From Sphaerodactylus townsendi (Eukaryota): a DNA stretch of 64,000 bases. Shown piece after piece: positions 52,001-64,000 of the stretch (position 1 is the first letter of the stretch; every line of letters starts with the position of its first letter). The translations under genes and the position numbers were made by a program. The stretch spans positions 149,482,001-149,546,000 of the forward strand of contig NC_059428.1 in the NCBI RefSeq assembly GCF_021028975.2, read 5' to 3'. Under the pieces are notes generated by a model. It worked only from the letters and a program-made list of their open reading frames with translations, ran no database searches and was not told where the DNA came from.

Positions 52001-54723
52001 TGGAGGTCATTTTCTGGTGTCCCCTGCCGACAGAGGCGAAGTGGGCAGGCAGGTAGTCAGGGGAAGGGCCTCTTCAGTGGTGGGATTGCACCTCTGGAAC
52101 GCTGCTCCCCAAGCAAGAACGCAGGTCTCAAGCACAAGCCTTTTGATCCTTTTGGTTCTCCTCCCCAAGACATTTTTGCTTTTTGTAGCCTAACTTTGCT
52201 TCAGTGAGTTCCCTTCTGTGGAGGGTGATTTGCCTGAGCAGCTGTTCAGACTGATGCTCTAGTGCAGTGATGGCGAACCTTTTCGAGACCGAGTGCCCAG
52301 ACTGCAACCCAAAACCCACTTATTTATCACAAAGTGCCAACACGGCAATTTAATCTCAATACTGAGCAACCAATCTTACTCCCAGGTAAAGGATCGCGCT
52401 TTAGTTCTTCACATGAAAATCAGCGGGGTTTAACAGCGCTTAACAGAGTTACCTACACTGCTTCCCCAAAACGAGGTCTTAGGTTTAATGCTAATAATCG
52501 AGCCCAGCGGCCCTGGCCAACCAAGATGTGTAGGAGGGGAGGGCCACTTTCCCTCCCACATGACGAATGATATTTGCACGTGCCCACAGAGAGGGCTCTG
52601 AGTGCCACCTTTGGCACCCGTGCCATGGGTTCACCACCACTGCTCTAGTGGTTGGTTTGCTCCTTCTGTGTGAATTAGTTTCATTCATTCATTCATTCAT
52701 TCATTCATTCATTTATTCATTCATTTATTTATTAGCTGCCTCCCTTATGAAGCTTAAGGAGTCTTACAAACATAGATAAAACATAAAATAAAATACATTA
52801 AAAACAGAATTTAAATCACGCAGGACTGCTGGTAAATGTAGCCAAACACAGTCCTGAATAACACTGTCTTCAAATGCCTCCTAAAGATCAAAAATGAGGG
52901 GGGCCTTAATCAGCTTCCAGGCACTTTCCAAGGGTAGCCTCAAGCAGAGTGCATTGCAGTAGCCCAGTCTTGATGTAACTAAGGCATGATCACTGCGGCT
53001 AGATCCAAATAAACCTGGAATGAATGCACCAGTTAAAGCTGGGCAAATCACCATGAGCCACCACAGCTACTGGATTTCCCAAGGTGACTGCTGTGTTAAG
53101 TAGCAGTCCCAGGCTGTGAGCCAGTCTTTTTAGAGGAAGCATGATCAAGACAGGAGAGATCTCGAGTCCCTGGCCTGCCTTTCTACTGACCCAGGGAGCC
53201 TCTGTCTGTCAGGATTCAGCTTCGGCTAGTTCACCCTCATCTAGTTAATAGTTTTATTGTTTCTCTCATGTCCTAAATCACATTCGACAGTTAATTTGGA
53301 AAAAACAGGGTAGAAATATTTTTAGTCGATAAAGTATTGTGGCACCATTTGGATGATGAGGCTTCTACACCTTTTTAACAGCCCGCTTCTGTAATCTTTC
53401 TTGATTTTGCTGCTACTAGCAAAGAGGGTGGAATGTGTGCTTAAAACTGCAGTAGCTGCCGGTATTTGCACTTGCGATGCCAGGGCTGTGTTGCTGTCTA
53501 GAACCAGGGAACGTGTGCCAGCCTCTTCCAATCTGGCCAGTCCCACCTTTCCTCTTGATCTTCCTCCTCCTGTTGGGACTTACCTCGAGTCCAAGAGCAG
53601 CTAGCTTCCATCTTCTCCTGCCTCTCCTGCTCTCGTGGCAGGAAACGATGACCGAGCTTTCAACTGTTTGGTTCACTTATGCTTTGTGCAGAATTAACCC
53701 CTGTCTAATCTTCACCGGGGCTAGGAACAGATTTCAGCCCCCGGCTAACGAAGGGAGCAGTGATGAACATCTGGAGATGCCTGGTCCTGATCTTGCCTGT
53801 GCCAGGAACTCCATCCCTGGGTCCTATCCACAATGTGCAGAGAGGAATATCCACATAGTCAAGGGCAGAACTGTGTTGCCATCCCGCTTCCTCACAACTT
53901 AGTTCTTTTCTCCAGGGGTGCCAGATGTGGCCGTGGGGGGGGGCTGCCCAGCTTGAGGGCTGAGGAGCTGCTTCACTCTTTTCCATTGTGCTCCCCAAAC
54001 GTGCCATCCCACCCATACCTCCCAAGGTGCTCTTCCTTTCACTGTAGAAATGATGCGAGTGTCCATAATTTCCCCCCAAGATGCTTTTAAAAGCAATTTT
54101 AGTGGGGATTCATTCTATCACACACATCTGCTTCCCCTTGAGATCAAACCCCCTTTGGAGACTTTGCCAAAGTATGCATTATGTAATTCCACTGTATGAG
54201 GAAAGTAGTAAGGATTTATTCTTTGATGGGAGGGCTGTTGCAGATGTAGAAGAAGAAGAGTTTGGATTTATATCCCCCCCCCCCTTTATCTCCTGTAAGG
54301 AGACTCAAAGGGGCTGACAACATCCTTTCCCTTAGCCCCTCAGCTGGCGTGTGTGGGAGTGCACAGGCTAATCTGAATTCCCCAGATAAGCCTCCAAAAC
54401 TCAAGTGGCAGAGCGGGGAATCAAACCTGGTTCCTCCAGATGAGAATGCACCTGCTCTTAACAGCTGCTCCCACTGCTGCTCAGTGTACCTCAGTTCGCA
54501 GTGTACCTCAGTTCGCACTTGCATGGGATGAGTTGTCATTGTCTCCCGTCTGTTCTCTGAAGGACGTCTGTTCTCCCGTCTGACGCTGTCGTTCTCTTCC
54601 TGCTTCCTCCAGGCCTTTCAGCTGGGTCCTACCGAAGCCTCTTACTACTGGGTCTATTGGGTCCCCACTCAATATGTTGATGCAATCAAGGACACGGTGC
54701 TGGGGAAGTGGCAGTATTTTTGA
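46178..54723 (+). CDS. UBFD1: Ubiquitin family domain-containing protein 1, ~290 aa, 7 exons
   Basis: Exons 46178-46205, 46346-46615, 47709-47917, 49886-49951, 50081-50186, 51758-51840, 54613-54723; 873 nt. WNKNKYDVKFPLDSTG, QKVMFKGLLPEEKTLRE; C-terminus WVPTQYVDAIKDTVLGKWQYF. Confidence 0.95.
46643..46761. mobile_element. hAT MITE (same family)
   Basis: GGGGTCTGCAACCTGCGGCTCTCC..GGAGAGCCGCAGGTTGCAGACCCCTG; related partial copies at ~22755-22845 and ~44427-44495. Confidence 0.75.
46769..47085 (+). mobile_element. Squam3-like SINE, full length
   Basis: Same consensus; UBFD1 intron 2. Confidence 0.85.
47220..47421. repeat. Inverted repeat (~42-bp arms), probable MITE
   Basis: TGATATACTGGG..TGTGAAGGTTCTGGCAGAACCAG versus CTGGTTCTGCCAGAACCTTCACA..CCCAGTATATCA. 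Confidence 0.65.
48288..48690 (-). mobile_element. Two tandem Penelope-like pLTR fragments
   Basis: Direct copies at ~48288-48440 and ~48528-48690 ending GGCATCTTCAGCTG. Confidence 0.65.
48928..48999. repeat. (TAT)n microsatellite, tail of an L2-type repeat on -
   Basis: ~24 perfect trinucleotide units followed by TATTTATAAACCGCCC..GGCTCAGGGCGG. Confidence 0.9.
50896..51081. mobile_element. Non-autonomous hAT (Charlie-type) DNA transposon
   Basis: TIR CAGTGGTTCTCAACC/GGTTGAGAACCACTG; perfect 8-bp TSD GTCTAGGC (50888-50895, 51082-51089). Confidence 0.9.
52265..52642. mobile_element. Non-autonomous hAT DNA transposon
   Basis: TIR CAGTGATGGCGAACC/GGTTCACCACCACTG; 8-bp TSD CTCTAGTG (52257-52264, 52643-52650). 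Confidence 0.88.
52680..53240 (-). mobile_element. L2-type LINE 3' fragment with (TCAT)n tail
   Basis: Tail microsatellite plus degenerate S.LDYCN-like and LNP.KTE-like coding remnants on -. Confidence 0.55.
54248..54479 (-). mobile_element. Squam3-like SINE with internal deletion
   Basis: Head and tail present, middle missing. Confidence 0.75.
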
Positions 54724-57700
54724 AGGCACGCTCACCTCTGGCACTGGAGACTGACACGGACCGAAGGACACTGCTCTGGAAGGACTGGACCTGCTCGGTC
54801 CTGGGACTTCTTAAATCAACACGCTCTCAAAGAGGCTCAGGAGAGACGCCAGAGGTGGGGATCTCTTGCCATTAGTTTATTTTTAACTTAAAACAGCGCA
54901 GCGGCAGCGGCATCCCTTTTTTCTCCAGGCGGCTTCCACGCTCCTTAAAAAAATGAAAACGCAAATATGATGGAAATCAATAAACCTTACTTCACAAACC
55001 AGTGTGCGTAATACACTTTGCTGAGCACAGCCCCCTTCCGGTGGGTAGTTCCTGCGAGGGGGAAGTGGAGACACCACTAAAGATTTTCTACCCGTCTTGG
55101 AGAAGAGGCCGACCTTTCATACTCTTCCATTTACGAACACCGGGGTTTCTTGCAGCCGCGTGCTTGTGACTGGCAGTTTGAGGAACGGGTTTTTGGCTCT
55201 CTCGCCGTTTTCTTTTTCTCCCCCACCCCCCCCACCCCACTATTACAAGGGATCTTTTCAAGTGGTATGCAAACATCGGCATTCATAAGCCATATCTTCC
55301 GGGCCCTTGAGTTTCCTTGAGGCTTTTTCTGTAGCAACCTTCTCTGTTAACCCAAAGATGCTCAACTCCTTCTTTCTGAGACATCACAACAGCTCTTCCG
55401 CGGGGAAGTTTTGAGCGTCTCAAGTTTCAAGGAGGATACTGATGTGGTAGCCTTCCGGCCAAGGGGGCTCTTGCTTGCTTGCTGTGATCTCTTTTCTCTC
55501 TCCCCTCCCACAATGCTCCGAGTGTTCATCTTTAAGGGTGGGGGGGAAGCTGTGCCTTATGGAGAACTTCTCTGCCATCTGTGTTGTGGTCTGCGCCCCG
55601 TTTGCAGTTGAGCCGATAGTTGGTTTTGGGAGCTCTGGTTTCAGTGCCCAGCGATCTCTGCATACAGCCTTCAGCTGGCACCTGAGGGGCTTTGGCAGCG
55701 GGCACACTCGGGCTCCCACCCTTCCCTTTCCCCTTCCCTTCTTGTTCTGATCTGGGAGGGGGGAGGGGGAGGTGCAAATCCGTGCCAGTGCTAGCTTGGC
55801 TTCTGTTGGAGAACTTGGCTTTGAGTGGCGTAGTCTTCATACCACTTCGTGCGGGGTCACTGGTACGGTCAATTACTTAACAGCCTTCCAGAGAACGTGA
55901 AAGTACAGTTAGCATTGGGGCTGGATGTTGGGTGCTGTTTTTGTCACAAAACTCGTGACCGCAGCTGCAGCAGCGTCAGGCCTTCATCCCTTCAAAAGGA
56001 TGTGGCCCTTGCTTTGTTTTGAGCAGAGGTAGGAAGGCGAACTTTTCTCTGGGGAGCTCTGCGGTCACTCTCTTCAGCTGAGCAAATGAGTACTCCCGAT
56101 ATTCCCTTGGTCCTCAGCCTGTTCATGCCGAAGCAATGTTGTCCAGCGTGGACCACAGGTCCAACAGAGGTGTCTTGGGATAGGAAGGATGCCCAGAGAC
56201 CCATTGAGCCCATTGACTGAGCCCAAAGGAATGGCTGAAAACGCTGGCACTCCTGATGGGAAGGCCAGGCAGGGCTGGCTAATCCAGGGAAGAGGCCCTG
56301 GGAGAAGAACAGTGCGGAAGGACTTCCTGTTCCTTGCTGGGCTGAGCCTGACTGTCTTTCCGTGTCGGTCACCTGTGCCCATTAAAGAGCAGCAAATCGT
56401 TGCAGCAGCATTTACTTTCTGCCCAGCCCAGTTTGGTTTGAGTGTTTGAATTGGAGAAATAAACCTCTTAACCAGAGATTGCCAATAACACGGATGGGAT
56501 GCCCGGTGGCCACAAATGAGACCATTTTTCTCCTCGGGCTGTTCTTCCACCCGGGCTCTATTTCAGGGAGAATTTTGTGTGTTTCTTGCCTCAGCCGCCT
56601 CAGTTGGCTTCTCGGCACTGCACTCTATTCAAGTGCCGCTGCTCTCAGGTTTCTTGATTCCCCAGCAGCCGTCTTGGTTAACAGACCACCAGCCGCAGCC
56701 TCTGTATCTCCCCTGTCCCGGTCAGTTCAGGGCGGGGCAGCTCTGGATTTCAGGGGCTGCTTGAGGCGAGGTCTCTTTCCATCAGGGCTGTTCTCGTTCC
56801 AGCGGTCGCTGGGGGTGCAGGGGAGCTTCTGGAACTGATTTCGGTGTTGATACAAGCCTGCTTTGAGGAACAAGGAAATCTTCCTCTCTTGATTGATTTA
56901 CAGAGGCTCTCTGCAGCTCCGCTCTGCTTTCTGGAGAGGAAAGAACCTCCCTCTGTCATATTCTGGAGAAGAGTGGGGGAGCAGGCCTGATTTTAAAAAC
57001 AACGTGTCCCTGAATCTGCTCTCCCTGTGAGAACAGAAAGCCAAAAGGCACGCAGGGCCTGTTGAACTGAAATGGGCACTTTGCTGACCCCTCCCAGTGA
57101 TGAAGGGAGTCCCAGAGGTCTGTGCTCCAGTGTCTGAATCCTCCATTGCTACCAGAGCGGACTTCCCTAGGCCTGTTGTTTCCTCTCCGGGAAGCAGGGC
57201 TGAGGCGCCTGGGTTGGCCATGCACGTGAGCAGTGCGTGAGTGCCAACAGAGGCCATTTTGCCTCCCCTCCTGTCAGGGTGCAGCTGAGGAAGCGCAGCC
57301 GCTTCGTGCTTCCTGACGAGCGTGCGCAGCAAGGTCCTGAAGGCAGCGCCTCGATTAAGAGGGAGAGGGATGCAGGCAGTTCCAAACAGGTGCTTGTAGC
57401 TGCCACAGTCTGGGGGTTCTTTGGCAGGCAGGTGCAGTAGTGATGGGACTCACCTGGGCTTCCTTTTGGCTGAGGTGCAGAGGGCTGCCTGTGTTGGTGC
57501 TTGGGGACCCTCAGGGACTGGGATTTCTAGGCGCCCATACCTCATTTTCTACTTTAGAGCCATCAGCACTTGTTGAGTTCCCGGTCTTTCCCCAGGCACA
57601 GCAATATTTCGCCGATTGTGCAGCTCCAGCCCCTAATTTCTCAAGAGGCCGGGGATTTTCCAAGGCTGCCAAATAGACCTCCAAGCTTGCGCAGGGGGCG

Positions 57701-59699
57701 CTTTCTCTTGCCTAGCAAAAACGTTCACACAGCTGGAGGCTTGTAGTGTTCAGGGCTCGAGGTGCGGAAAGGACGCGTCTTCGTGCCTGGCCAAAAGCAA
57801 CGTTTACAGTTTGTCTCTGGGCTAACTTGGAAAGGGAGGTGGATTAGAAAAGATTCCTTCTTGGCAGCCAAGAACAGAGTTGAACAGTTTTTTACCCTAA
57901 CAGGAAACACACCTTTGGAGGGGGGCGGAAGCATCTCAGTGCCTAGAAAGAGAATGCTGGAATGAAGGGCAGCGCCCGGGAGCTGGGACCACACGGTCCG
58001 CTCACATCACGCTCCTGCTGGTGAGCAGCCCTTTCGTCTAGGGCTCATTTCGCAATACCTCTCCTCCTCAAAGGTGTCATCTCTCACTTGTGGTTTCCTG
58101 ATTCTCAGGCTTGGAGCTGGGGAGAGCCCTAGCACCTCCCCCCCTCTATGCACACCTGGTGGGGGATGCAATATCAACTGGAAGGGCTGCCCCCCCCCCC
58201 CCCGCTTATTCCCCTCTCCCTGTGGGAGGGCCAGGCTGTCTGGTTTCTCAAGAGAGAACCCTCTCCTCACCAGCTGGCGCAGAAGCCTGTTGCCCGGTGG
58301 GGGTGGGGGTGCTGGCTGCTCCTGGAAGCAGCCACTGGAGGGGGGCGGGGGCTGGCTGATGGCTGACCCCCAGTAAGACTCAGGTTGCTGGGATGTTGGC
58401 ATTCCGCTTTGGGAAACCCTTTCCCTTCCAGCTAGCCCCCCAGTGTTTGTTTCCCAAGGGTGCCATGTTGGAACTGTACCTGTTGCTGATGGGCTGGGCA
58501 ACATGCCAGCACTCTCGGGCTATCTTGAGTGGCGGGGGGGGGGCGTCGGGGGGGGGTGTCTCTGCAATATGTCCTGTATTAATTCTACTTCCTCTGTAGG
58601 CTAACAGACGGTGAAAGCTCTATCGGTGGGGGCCTGGCGTAGGGGGTGGGAGACAGGGGAGGGAATGATCTAATCTTGAGCCTGCACCGCTAGGGTGGTT
58701 TTAAGTGTGACCGTGTCCGGTTATTATCCTCCTTGTTCTGTCCTGTAAGATAAATCAGTCTTGTCGATTAAAGTTTGATAATGAAGTGCTTTATCTGTGG
58801 AGTGCTGGTCTCTTTCTGCTTCGTGGGTGTGGTGGGTGGACTTCACAGCTTGTTTTGAGAATTCAAGAGTTGGGGGGGACGGAAGGGGGAGTCACACGAG
58901 GGGCACCCCCATCTCAGATGCTGACATATCCCCCCTTAGCTTAGTGCTTGGGTCCTAGAATCAAAACCACGGTGCTTGGAGATGCTTTGGGCTTTCCCTG
59001 CCATTTGTCCAGGTTGCCAACTTGCATTTGCTGCAGCTACCTTGGACAGCGCCCGTTAGTGGATAGCTGAGGGGCTTCCTGCTCCCTTCTGCTGGCACAC
59101 TCTGTGCCCCCCCCCCCCACTCCCTGCCCTGCCCAAAACTCATTCAAAGGGATGCCCACCCCAGCTGGGCTGTGCGAAAAATGCCACTGGTGAACTCCAA
59201 GGGTCCTGCCTTCGCCTGCTGCCATTAAATCCTGTGTGTGCCTGCACATCCCCCCCCTTCCCTCCTGCAGCATTGCCTACCAAAGGGTCAGAAGAGGAGG
59301 TCTTCCCTTGGGGCACCCAGCCCCCTCCTGAGGGCAGCAGGTGGGGTGGGTGGGGGGGAGGGACACCAGCTGGCCCAGTTGGGGAAGTGCTGGGGAGGGG
59401 TGGGAATGGGGGCTGCCCTCTCTCTGCTCTGACACGGGAAGGGGCAGATCTCACAAACAAGCTGGCCGGGGGGTGGGGGTGGGGGTTCAGCCTGGCCTCC
59501 CAAGTGCCCCCACGGGGTTTTGTGTCTGCCCCAGAGAATTCCAGTGGGCCGCATGTGGGGCTGGAGGGTCAGTCACCAGGCCTTGCTCCAGAGACCGGCG
59601 AGCGGCTTGGAATGAGTTGTGAGTGGGAAAGGTCGGGGTGGGGGGGGGGGCTGCCTGGGCACGGCGCCGCTTGGGCCATCCGCTGGCCCTGGCCTACCT

Positions 59700-60350
59700 G
59701 ATGGGGTTGCCGTGAAGTTCCGGTGGGGGAGCGGGAGCGAAGTGGGCCGGCCTGAGCCGATGGGGCGGCACCCCAGGGCGACTGCCAGGCTCGGCCCCGT
59801 CCCCGACTGGCCAGCACGCCCTGGGGCGGGCGGGCGGGCGGGCGGGGGGGAGGGACGGTGTGGGGCGGGGCGGGGCGGGGCGGCGGCCCGGGAACAGATC
59901 CGGCTCCCTGCGGGCGGCACCTGTCGCGTTGGCCATGCGGGGCTCCCGAGGGGGCTAGCGGCCCGGCTGGGCATGGAAGGCGGCGGGGGCAGCAGGGCCG
60001 AGCAAGGCTACCCATGGACGGCTCCGGCAGGCTCCGACGGGACCCCTTCGGGCGGCTACTGCTGCTGCTGCTCCTGGCGCCGGTGAGGGGAGGAGGGGCA
60101 GGCGGGGGGGGGGCCAGCGGAGGCGCTCTGGCCAACTGCCCTCGGGGTGCCCCCAGCAGACTCTACCTGGGGCAGGAAGGGAGCAGGGGAGTCGTCCGGG
60201 CCCCCTGATTTGGCCCCGCGCGTGCCAAGGAAGGCCCCCCTCCCGTCCCAGCCCTGCTCTGTTTGCCCAGGAGGGCGGGGCAGGGGAGCTGGCAGCCGGA
60301 CGAGGCTCCCAATCCGGGTGGCGCACCCTGCAGAGGGCACCTGCGCGCCT
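59700..60350 (+). promoter_or_regulatory. ERN2: CpG island; ERN2 promoter
   Basis: Tandem GGGGCGGGGC boxes 59820-59885 upstream of the signal-peptide exon. Confidence 0.7.
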
Positions 60351-63300
60351 TTCCACCCTGCCCTGTGCTCCTGCGTGCCCCGCTGCGGAGCCCCCCGCCC
60401 CATTTCCGAAGCCAGGGTTTGGGGAGGAGGAGGAGGGCTGGATCCCTTGCCCTATTGCCATGGCCGGCCCACCCCTGGGCACCTGGGAACACAGTCCCCC
60501 CCCCCCCCCGTCCCTCCACCGACCCCGACTGACCTGGGGAAGGGGCATCTGCCCTCCTCCGGCAAAAGGCTGAACGGGGCAGGGAGAGGGGGGCTGCCCC
60601 CTGCCCCCCCTGGCATCAGCCTTTCCTCTCCTCCCCCTCTCCTCCCCACATAGCATCTCTCTGGCAGCACCAGCGCTGGCCCCGAGGGGCTGCTCTTCAT
60701 CTCCACCCTGGACGGCAGCTTCCACGCTGTGAGCAAGAAGACGGGGGACATCCAGTGGACTCTGGAAGACGGTGAGTTCCCCCACCCCTGGGCAGGGGTG
60801 GGAGTGGGGGTGGAGGACCCCCCCTCTTCTGAGAGCCTCCAGATGCTTCTCTTCCTCCCCCACCTGCCTCCAAAGAGTACCATTCAGCCCTGGGCAACAG
60901 TTCTCTCAGTTTTGCCCTGGGAGGGGGGCATCATGGGGAGGTGGACCTCGTGAAGTCCTTTTCTGACCTGAATCTTCCCCCCCCCCCTTCAGCACCGACT
61001 CTGCAGGTACCCGTGGACATGGCCGAGTGAGTCTCTTCTATAGGGTTTGGCCCAGTGGATTGGGGGGCAGGGGCAGATCCTTGCCAGGGGAGGGGGCACA
61101 GGATTCCTTGAGTGGTCCTAGCCATGGGCCTCCCAGATGTACATCCTTTGCAGGGCATTGTGGTTCTTCCAGAGAGTACCTGACCAGTCCTTGGAGAGGG
61201 ACAGAAGGGGGTTGGGGGGAGAAGGGGGAGATGCTGGAGCTCTAAAGGGGCAAGACTCCCAAAGCCCCACTGCTGGCTGTGTTCCGAGCCCTTTTAGAGC
61301 TTCCTCAATGGCTGGGGCAAAGAACCTGAATGGCCCGGAGGACCCCCGGCTAGAGCAGGGGCTGTGCACCTCTGAACCTCGGGGGGGGGGGGGCTTCTCC
61401 TTTTCCCTACTGGTTGTCATGTGTGACTCCTGATTCCCCCTGCCCAGGCCGGCCTTCCTTCCGGACCCCAACGACGGCAGCCTGTATGTCCTGGGGGGCA
61501 AACACAAAGAGGGCCTTATGGTGAGTGGTGGGCTGGGGGGGGGGGGGCAGCCCCGAACTGCTTGAGAGCCAGCGTGGTGTAGTGGTTAAGAGCAGGTTTG
61601 ATTCCCCACCTGAGTGGAGGAGGCTGATCTGGTGAACTAGATGTGTTTCCGCACTCCTACATTCCTGCTGGGTGACCTTGGGCTACTCACAGTTCTCTCA
61701 GAACTCTCTCAGCACTCTCTCAGCCCCATCTACTTTACAAGATGCCTGTTGTGGGGAGAGGAGCCCCTTTGAGTCTCCTTACAGGAGAGGGAGGTGGGGA
61801 ATGAATCCAAACTCTTCTTCCTTTCCTCAGTCCCCCTGGCAGGATTCCTCTCTCTGTTGGCTGGCTTTCTCCATCAGGGAGAAGGCAGATTTCCAAATCC
61901 CCCCACGGAAGAATTAGCCTCTTCATGGGCCCCGAGGGAAGGCGGCTGGGGCAGGGGTCTTGCAGTGGATTCTGCTGGAGGGGAGGGGTTGCCCGGAGGA
62001 GGAGCTCTGTCGGAGGTCAGCAGTCTGCAGCCCCAGGAAAGACCTCCCCTCTTGAGCCCTCCCCTCCTGGGGTGCCACCACACCCCAAAAACTACCCAGG
62101 TTTGCCAGCCCTCACGGATCCTTTGATCTTTCTCTCGCTGCTGCAGAAGCTGCCGTTCACCATCCCTCAGCTGGTGCAGTCTTCCCCCTGCCGGAGCTCC
62201 GACGGAATCCTCTACACGGGTAAGACCTGAGCGGGTGGGCGGGCAGGCAGGCAGGCAGCTGGGGAGGTGCCCAGCTGTGCCCCAAGGCCAAGGCCGAGTT
62301 CTTGTGGCTCTGCCCTAGAGCCACCTTGTGAGGGGTCCCTCTGCTTTCCCAGGCAAGAAGGAGGACACGTGGTTCGTGGTGGACCCCGTGACGGGCCAGA
62401 AGCAAAGCACCCTCTCGACAGAAGCCTGGGACGGGCTGTGTGCCTTGACCCCGTTGCTGTACATCGGACGCACCCGTAAGACATTGCGTCCCCTCCCCCG
62501 GGTCTCGCCCAGCCCAAAATAAGAAGGGCCTCCTCCTCACCCTCCCTGAGATTTGTGGATGAGATGCCTGCTTTGGTCTCAGTGATCTGAATGCCATAGA
62601 AAACTCAGGCGTGTGCGGCCATAGCTGCGTGGGGAGCGTTGGCGCATGCTGGTTTTGCAGCTGGCCTTTGTGTCAAGGAGCCCTCCTGGTTTCCACTCTT
62701 CCACCTGACAGGGTGGGTTTTCTTTGTGACGATGCCCTTTCTTTGGCCGCAGTGCCTCCCCCACATGCCCTTCCTGTCTGCAGAATACATCATCACCATG
62801 TATGACACCAAGACCCGTGAGCTGCGCTGGAACGGCACTTACCTGGACTACTCTGCTCCGCTTCACGATCCAAGTCAGGATGACGGTGAGGGCGACAGTG
62901 AGTCGCTGGGGATCCCGGGCAGCAAAGGCCACCCCGCCAAAACAGGGGGGACACCTTCGCCCTCCAGCACGGTGTGGTTGTTAAGAGCAGGTGCACTCTA
63001 CTCTGGTGAACCCGGTTTGATTCCCCGCTCTGCCACTTGAGCTGTGGAGGCTTATCCGGTGAACCACATTAGCTTGTGCACTCCAACACATTCCAGTTGG
63101 GTGGCCTTGGGCTAGTCACAGTTCTTCGGAGCTCTCTCAGCCCCACCTACCTCACAGGGTCTTTGTTGTGGAGCAGGGGAAGGGAAAGGAGCTTTTAAGT
63201 CCCTTTGAGTCTCCTTACAGGAGAGAAAGGGGGGATATAAATCCAAACTCTTCTTCTCCTTCCTTAGCGGCTGCAAGCAAAGGGCCCGAGTGTATCCATT

Positions 63301-63846
63301 GCCTGAGGAGAGTTTAACTCACCCACCCAGCCACCCACCCACTCCCCCTGTTGAAAATCCACAAGGCAAGAGAACTACACGAGGTCTCTGGGTGTTTGCA
63401 AAATGCCGAACACCCAGGTCTCTGGGTCCTACTCCTCACATTAATGACCTAGGAAAGTCCACCAGCTGCTCTGAGCTGACCCGAGCGGAGAGAAGGCCTG
63501 GGCCTCTGGGCCAGCTCCGCCTTCGGACAGTGTTTTTGGCCACTGGACCCGTCCCCCAGCCAAGCGCCATCCTGCCTGTCTCCCCAGGAATGGCCCACTT
63601 TGCTTCGAGCGGGGAGGGGCTGCTGGTGACCCTGGGCCAGGCCAGCGGGGAGCTGCTGTGGATGCAGGACTATGGGTCTCCTGTGGTGGGGGTCTACGCC
63701 TGGCACCAGGACAGCCTGCGGCGCCTGCCCCACCTCAACGTCGGCACGGAGAGCCTGCGCTACCTGGCCTTGCGCTCCCCGGACCCCCACCTCCTCAACT
63801 GGAACTACCCCTCCCCCAAGGAATTCGCTGCCAGGATGCAACTCCT
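60014..63846 (+). CDS. ERN2: IRE1-beta kinase/endoribonuclease, 5' part (signal peptide and luminal domain, exons 1-8); continues beyond the window
   Basis: Exons 60014-60082, 60654-60771, 60993-61026, 61448-61520, 62147-62219, 62353-62475, 62784-62885, 63588-63846. [67 protein letters not shown] and synteny favour ERN2 over ERN1. Confidence 0.9.
61569..61821 (+). mobile_element. Squam3-like SINE
   Basis: Same consensus, more diverged. Confidence 0.75.
62965..63262 (+). mobile_element. Squam3-like SINE, full length
   Basis: Same consensus; ERN2 intron 7. Confidence 0.85.
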
Positions 63847-64000
63847 GTGGGTATCTGTGTGGGGCGGGCTAGGGAGCCGAGTTGGGGGCTTGCGGGAGGG
63901 GAGAGTGTTCAGCAGGGCCCACTCAGCACTTCAAGGCAGGCCCCGAAGCGGCTGGATTGGGGGAGGGAGAGCTGCTCTGGGAGTCTTTGTGGTGGTCCAT

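Noticed and set aside
59569-60863. Long ORFs around the ERN2 5' end
   Set aside because: CpG-island artefacts; only the signal-peptide exon splices into ERN2.

Overview
GC-rich vertebrate genomic DNA, very likely a squamate reptile and probably a gecko, inferred from about ten Squam3-like tRNA-SINEs plus Penelope, RTE-X-like, CR1, L2 and hAT repeats. It is the region orthologous to human 16p12.2. I could splice six genes by hand with canonical GT-AG sites and continuous frames: SCNN1B (+, ~675 aa), COG7 (-, ~767 aa), PLK1 (+, ~590 aa), EARS2 (-, ~497 aa), UBFD1 (+, ~290 aa) and the first 8 exons of ERN2 (+). Four things stand out. (1) Two 5'-truncated RTE-X-like LINEs lie in sense orientation exactly at 3' splice sites of EARS2 (exon 8) and COG7 (exon 3). 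Each leaves a duplicated acceptor, with the old polypyrimidine tract stranded upstream and the LINE tail now preceding the exon. (2) One conserved SCNN1B exon is split by an apparently new intron, adding ~28 aa with a CxxC motif to the extracellular domain. (3) PLK1 sits where GGA2 is in human and is bracketed by direct copies of ~0.4 kb of COG7 promoter, plus a small inverted duplication at a hAT MITE, which suggests a rearrangement scar. (4) Penelope-derived palindromes carry minimal hammerhead ribozyme motifs. Most long ORFs in the supplied track are GC-content artefacts. Comparisons with human genes and repeat-family names are from memory, not from searches.
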